Position numbers and translations under genes: made by a program
The notes under the pieces: model-generated
Seen by the model: only the letters and a program-made list of their open reading frames with translations
Told to the model about the DNA's origin: nothing
Databases searched by the model: none
Shown: positions 23,982 to 26,296 of the stretch, piece by piece
Layout of the letters: every line of letters starts with the position of its first letter
Numbering within the stretch: position 1 is the stretch's first letter
Source: a virus
Strand: one strand, 5' to 3'
Length of the DNA: 26,296 nucleotides
Virus record (IMG/VR): IMGVR_UViG_3300003323_001142
Span: 1-26,296 of that record

Positions 23982-24057
23982 CGCTCCGGCCCCCCGCGCA
24001 GATCCCCGATCGCCACCCCCACCCCCCTCGCAATCGCCACAATCTCCAAATCCCGAT

Positions 24058-24690
24058 TCACGAACCCCCCGTCGACGCCACCGCGCGCACTGTCCCTCCC
24101 GCCGGCGTCCGCGCGATCCAGAGGCCAAGGCTTGCGACCTTGGCCGCGTAGCCCGCTCCGCTGTGCAGAATCAGCTCCAGCACGGCTTCGAGGGCGTTCT
24201 GCCTTCGGACGTGATCGGCGACGGACTGCTCTAGCCGCTGAATCGTCGCCTTGTGGTGGGCGAGCTCGTCGCCATCGACGGCCGGATCGGGGAACTCTGC
24301 ATCGCCGGTGGCGCACGGAACAGAATCCGAATACGTCCCGACGATCAGCGGGTGGGCCTGCTTGCGCTCGACAGCCCGGAGCCGGCCGGAGAGGTCACCC
24401 AGGAGCAGGCGGATCTCGTCGAAAAGCTTCTGCGTGCGCTGTGTTGGCCGGCCCCCGTCAATCCATTCCGCAAGCGCACGATCCAGATCCTCCAGCGTAG
24501 CGAGATCGGGTGGCGCCGTTCCGGTCGGCGCTTCGAGAGCGTCAAGCCGAGTGCGGAAGTCATCCGCGTCGCCTTCCAGCGAGGCGATCCGCCGCTCGTG
24601 GTCGCGGTGGAGATCAAGGTGGGATTCGCCGATCGCGCCGCCGATGTGGGGGACAAATGCCTCCTCGAAGGTTTTGAGCGCGCCAGTCAT
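24058..24690 (-). CDS. Coiled-coil hypothetical protein
   Basis: HERRIASLE, RLDALE, RLRAVE repeats; ATGA coupling. Confidence 0.7.
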   Translation of the reverse strand: MTGALKTFEEAFVPHIGGAIGESHLDLHRDHERRIASLEGDADDFRTRLDALEAPTGTAPPDLATLEDLDRALAEWIDGGRPTQRTQKLFDEIRLLLGDLSGRLRAVERKQAHPLIVGTYSDSVPCATGDAEFPDPAVDGDELAHHKATIQRLEQSVADHVRRQNALEAVLELILHSGAGYAAKVASLGLWIARTPAGGTVRAVASTGGS

Positions 24691-24878
24691 CGCGGCACCC
24701 ATACGCAGACGCAGCCGGTGTGCGAGTTCCACCTTGGCGTCATTCCGCTCGGGCACCCGGACCGTTGCTCGCAAGCGTCGTCCAGCTTGCGAAGCCCAAA
24801 CAGCAAAACGGCAATGAGGGCGAGCGCGAAAGCGAAGAACGCCAGTTCTCCCCTGTTCCTTTGGATAAACCGCTTCAT
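24687..24878 (-). CDS. Small single-TM protein with Cys-rich C-terminus
   Basis: Hydrophobic helix followed by four Cys. Confidence 0.7.
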   Translation of the reverse strand: MKRFIQRNRGELAFFAFALALIAVLLFGLRKLDDACEQRSGCPSGMTPRWNSHTGCVCVWVPR

Positions 24879-25014
24879 GTGTGCCTCGTCATGTCACCGC
24901 GGATCCGCCGGATCTCGCGCACGCTCGCAATCAACTCTCCGACGAGCATCTCCCCCGACAGTTCATCTCGATCGATTCCGAATCGCGCGAGCGCCTGTCG
25001 GCAATCGGAACGAA

Positions 25015-25186
25015 TGGGAGCGGCCCCGTTCTGACCGGGGTTTTGGGCCTTCTGCCTATCCTCTGCCGGAGCTACCGGCATACTCTCGGCGCCACCGGGG
25101 GTCTCCCGGCTCTTTCTACTTGCCCAACTCGCTTTACCGTAGACGCGGTCTTTCGCGGTCGTGTCACCATCCACGCCGCCGCTCCC
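25015..25186 (-). ncRNA. tRNA-like structured RNA (172 nt) with expanded central domain
   Basis: 8-bp closing stem GGGAGCGG/CCGCTCCC+A; D-like arm CGTG-GATGGTGA-CACG; T-like arm CCCCG-GTCAGAA-CGGGG; internal stems. Confidence 0.65.
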
Positions 25187-25194
25187 GTAAATAC

Positions 25195-25305
25195 TTGCCG
25201 GTCTCTCCCGACTGTCACGCGAAACTGCGAGGCGCCCGCGTTCAGCGCTTTCGGATTCCGTACCGCTGTTAACGCCGCGTTTGGATACCGAATAGGTCAA
25301 CTCGC
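25195..25305 (-). ncRNA. Structured RNA element
   Basis: GCGAG/CTCGC closing stem; GCGTT-CAGCG...CGCTG-AACGC hairpin; terminal GTCGG-GAGAGA-CCGGC hairpin. Confidence 0.5.
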
Positions 25306-25308
25306 GGG

Positions 25309-25429
25309 TGGAGCATCCGGGACTCGAACCCGATCGATCTTCGCGGCTGCTACCCCGCGCGACCCGCCCTCCGAAAGCAGCTCGAGCTCGCATTTCGGAT
25401 TGACGACAGCTCCCGGCTGCTATTGCCCC
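25309..25429 (-). ncRNA. tRNA-like RNA (121 nt) with Ala-type acceptor stem and no anticodon loop
   Basis: GGGGCAA/ATGCTCC+A (G3:U70), TA linker, D arm GCAG-CCGGGAG-CTGT, T arm TCGGG-TTCGAGT-CCCGG. Confidence 0.7.
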
Positions 25430-25464
25430 AGAAAGTGCCCCGTATGCCCGGGGCCACGGCCCGA

Positions 25465-25528
25465 TGATGTCCGCAGAGGCCGAACCCGCGATCGTCGGAC
25501 AGCAAGCCGTCCGGCAATGTCGGGCATC
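25465..25528 (-). ncRNA. Degenerate D-armless tRNA-like element (64 nt)
   Basis: GATGCCC/GGACATC+A; CGGAC..GTCCG arm; T arm GCGGG-TTCGGCC-TCTGC. Confidence 0.4.
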
Positions 25529-25732
25529 CTGCAAACCAAGTGCTTCGGCTGCACCTCCCTCACGCGGATCGCTGGGCGGTTGGCTCTCATGGCTCGTCCC
25601 GTCCTCCCCGCTCGGCAATTGGAAGCTTTCGCGGGCGCCACCCGCACGCGTCAGGACCCTTTCCGCAACCAGCGGGGCGCAAAAGGTCCCATGGTCGCCT
25701 CCTTGGCAAGGCGCTGCAACTGTGTGCAATCG

Positions 25733-25760
25733 AGTATACATCATACCCCGCTGTTCGCAA
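25733..25760 (-). promoter_or_regulatory. Sigma70-like promoter TTGCGA-N16-TATACT
   Basis: Read directly; AT-richer patch immediately upstream of the non-coding RNA cluster. Confidence 0.65.
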
Positions 25761-25766
25761 TGTCGC

Positions 25767-26027
25767 TCATTGCCCAGCCCTCACGAAGATCCGATACTGC
25801 CCAGCGACGTTGCCTTGCGAGATCTCGCGCAGCTCGCCGAGTTCGAGCATCCGATCGACGCAGGCCATGCTGTGCCAGTTGTCGCCGATCACGCCCAGGA
25901 CCCGCCCGAGCTGACACGCGCCCGCCTCATTCAGCAGCCGAAGGACGTGATCGCGGACTTTGGACAGGGCGCGTTGCCCTTCCGGGGACAAGACCCACAA
26001 TCGCTCTTGGGAATAGGAGTACATCAT
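25767..26027 (-). CDS. Phage hypothetical protein (86 aa)
   Basis: MYSY..ER...EGQ...VRD...AGA...GDNW..MACVDRMLELGELREI...GQYRIFV; ATGA coupling. Confidence 0.75.
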   Translation of the reverse strand: MMYSYSQERLWVLSPEGQRALSKVRDHVLRLLNEAGACQLGRVLGVIGDNWHSMACVDRMLELGELREISQGNVAGQYRIFVRAGQ

Positions 26028-26245
26028 GCCACCGCCTTGCTCAGCGCGCGCCACCACGACCGACCGATCCGGCCGTTCGCATGGCGGCTGCAAACATCAA
26101 CGTCCCGCTCTTGCCCGCGGGGCAGCGTCGGGACGCCGGATACCATAATGACGCGGACGCTGCACTGGCACGGGAGCACGACGATCCGGGCGGTTCGCGC
26201 GATGCTTCGGCGCAGCTTGGCGATGCGGCGGCGACGGGGGTTCAT
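26024..26245 (-). CDS. Basic hypothetical protein (73 aa)
   Basis: GGAAGGA SD; coupled to next gene. Confidence 0.55.
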   Translation of the reverse strand: MNPRRRRIAKLRRSIARTARIVVLPCQCSVRVIMVSGVPTLPRGQERDVDVCSRHANGRIGRSWWRALSKAVA

Positions 26246-26296
26246 CGTGCGCCGATCCTTCCGAATTTGCGCTCATGCTCTCGCCGCAAGAGCGCG

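Noticed and set aside
17438-24500. Long + strand ORFs (17438-19042, 19874-21016, 21185-22132, 23583-24500)
   Set aside because: Antisense shadows of well-supported - strand genes in high-GC DNA; no motifs or RBS
25306-25429. Bona fide tmRNA (ssrA) or standard tRNA-Ala
   Set aside because: Only ~121 nt, with no tag reading frame or evident pseudoknots, no 7-nt anticodon loop, and a 3' end of ACCC rather than ACCA
25620-25656. Hammerhead ribozyme (CTGACGC...stem...GAAA on the - strand)
   Set aside because: Core is CUGACGC rather than CUGANGA, and no convincing stem III or cleavage triplet was found
24875-25744. 289-aa - strand ORF (and the overlapping 339-aa + strand ORF 24253-25272)
   Set aside because: Starts inside the promoter, has low-information Ser/Gly/Arg/Ala composition and coincides with RNA stems; only a short 3' ORF near 24875-24949 might be real
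1-26296. CRISPR array, IS element, reverse transcriptase/DGR, rRNA
   Set aside because: No regularly spaced repeats, transposase or RT motifs, or TR/VR pairs were noticed by eye

Overview
A high-GC segment of a temperate phage genome, apparently in its excised (attP) configuration; the host cannot be named from the sequence. The left end (1-2772, + strand) is the end of a late operon: a Pro/Trp-repeat protein, a duplicated Gp77-like tail adaptor, a putative secreted lytic transglycosylase and a DUF6527-like protein, closed by a terminator hairpin. Almost everything from 26245 down to 2844 is on the - strand and forms a long, translationally coupled early/accessory region. It starts with a sigma70-like promoter feeding a ~750-nt cluster of tRNA-like structured RNAs (about 25015-25730). 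Next come a RecE/ExoVIII-like nuclease, a Sak4-like ATPase, a candidate non-canonical SSB, a HerA/DUF87-like ATPase with a disrupted C-terminus, a mosaic protein ending in an Acb2/Tad1-like hairpin domain and many small Cys-rich ORFs. These are followed by an excisionase and tyrosine integrase, an attP made of the 3' part of tRNA-Lys(UUU) flanked by 20-bp arm-type repeats, two HNH nucleases and an M23 peptidase. The region ends with two tandem promoter/palindromic-operator/small-regulator cassettes that share a repeated intergenic RNA hairpin. Family assignments are from motif recognition by eye, not database searches.
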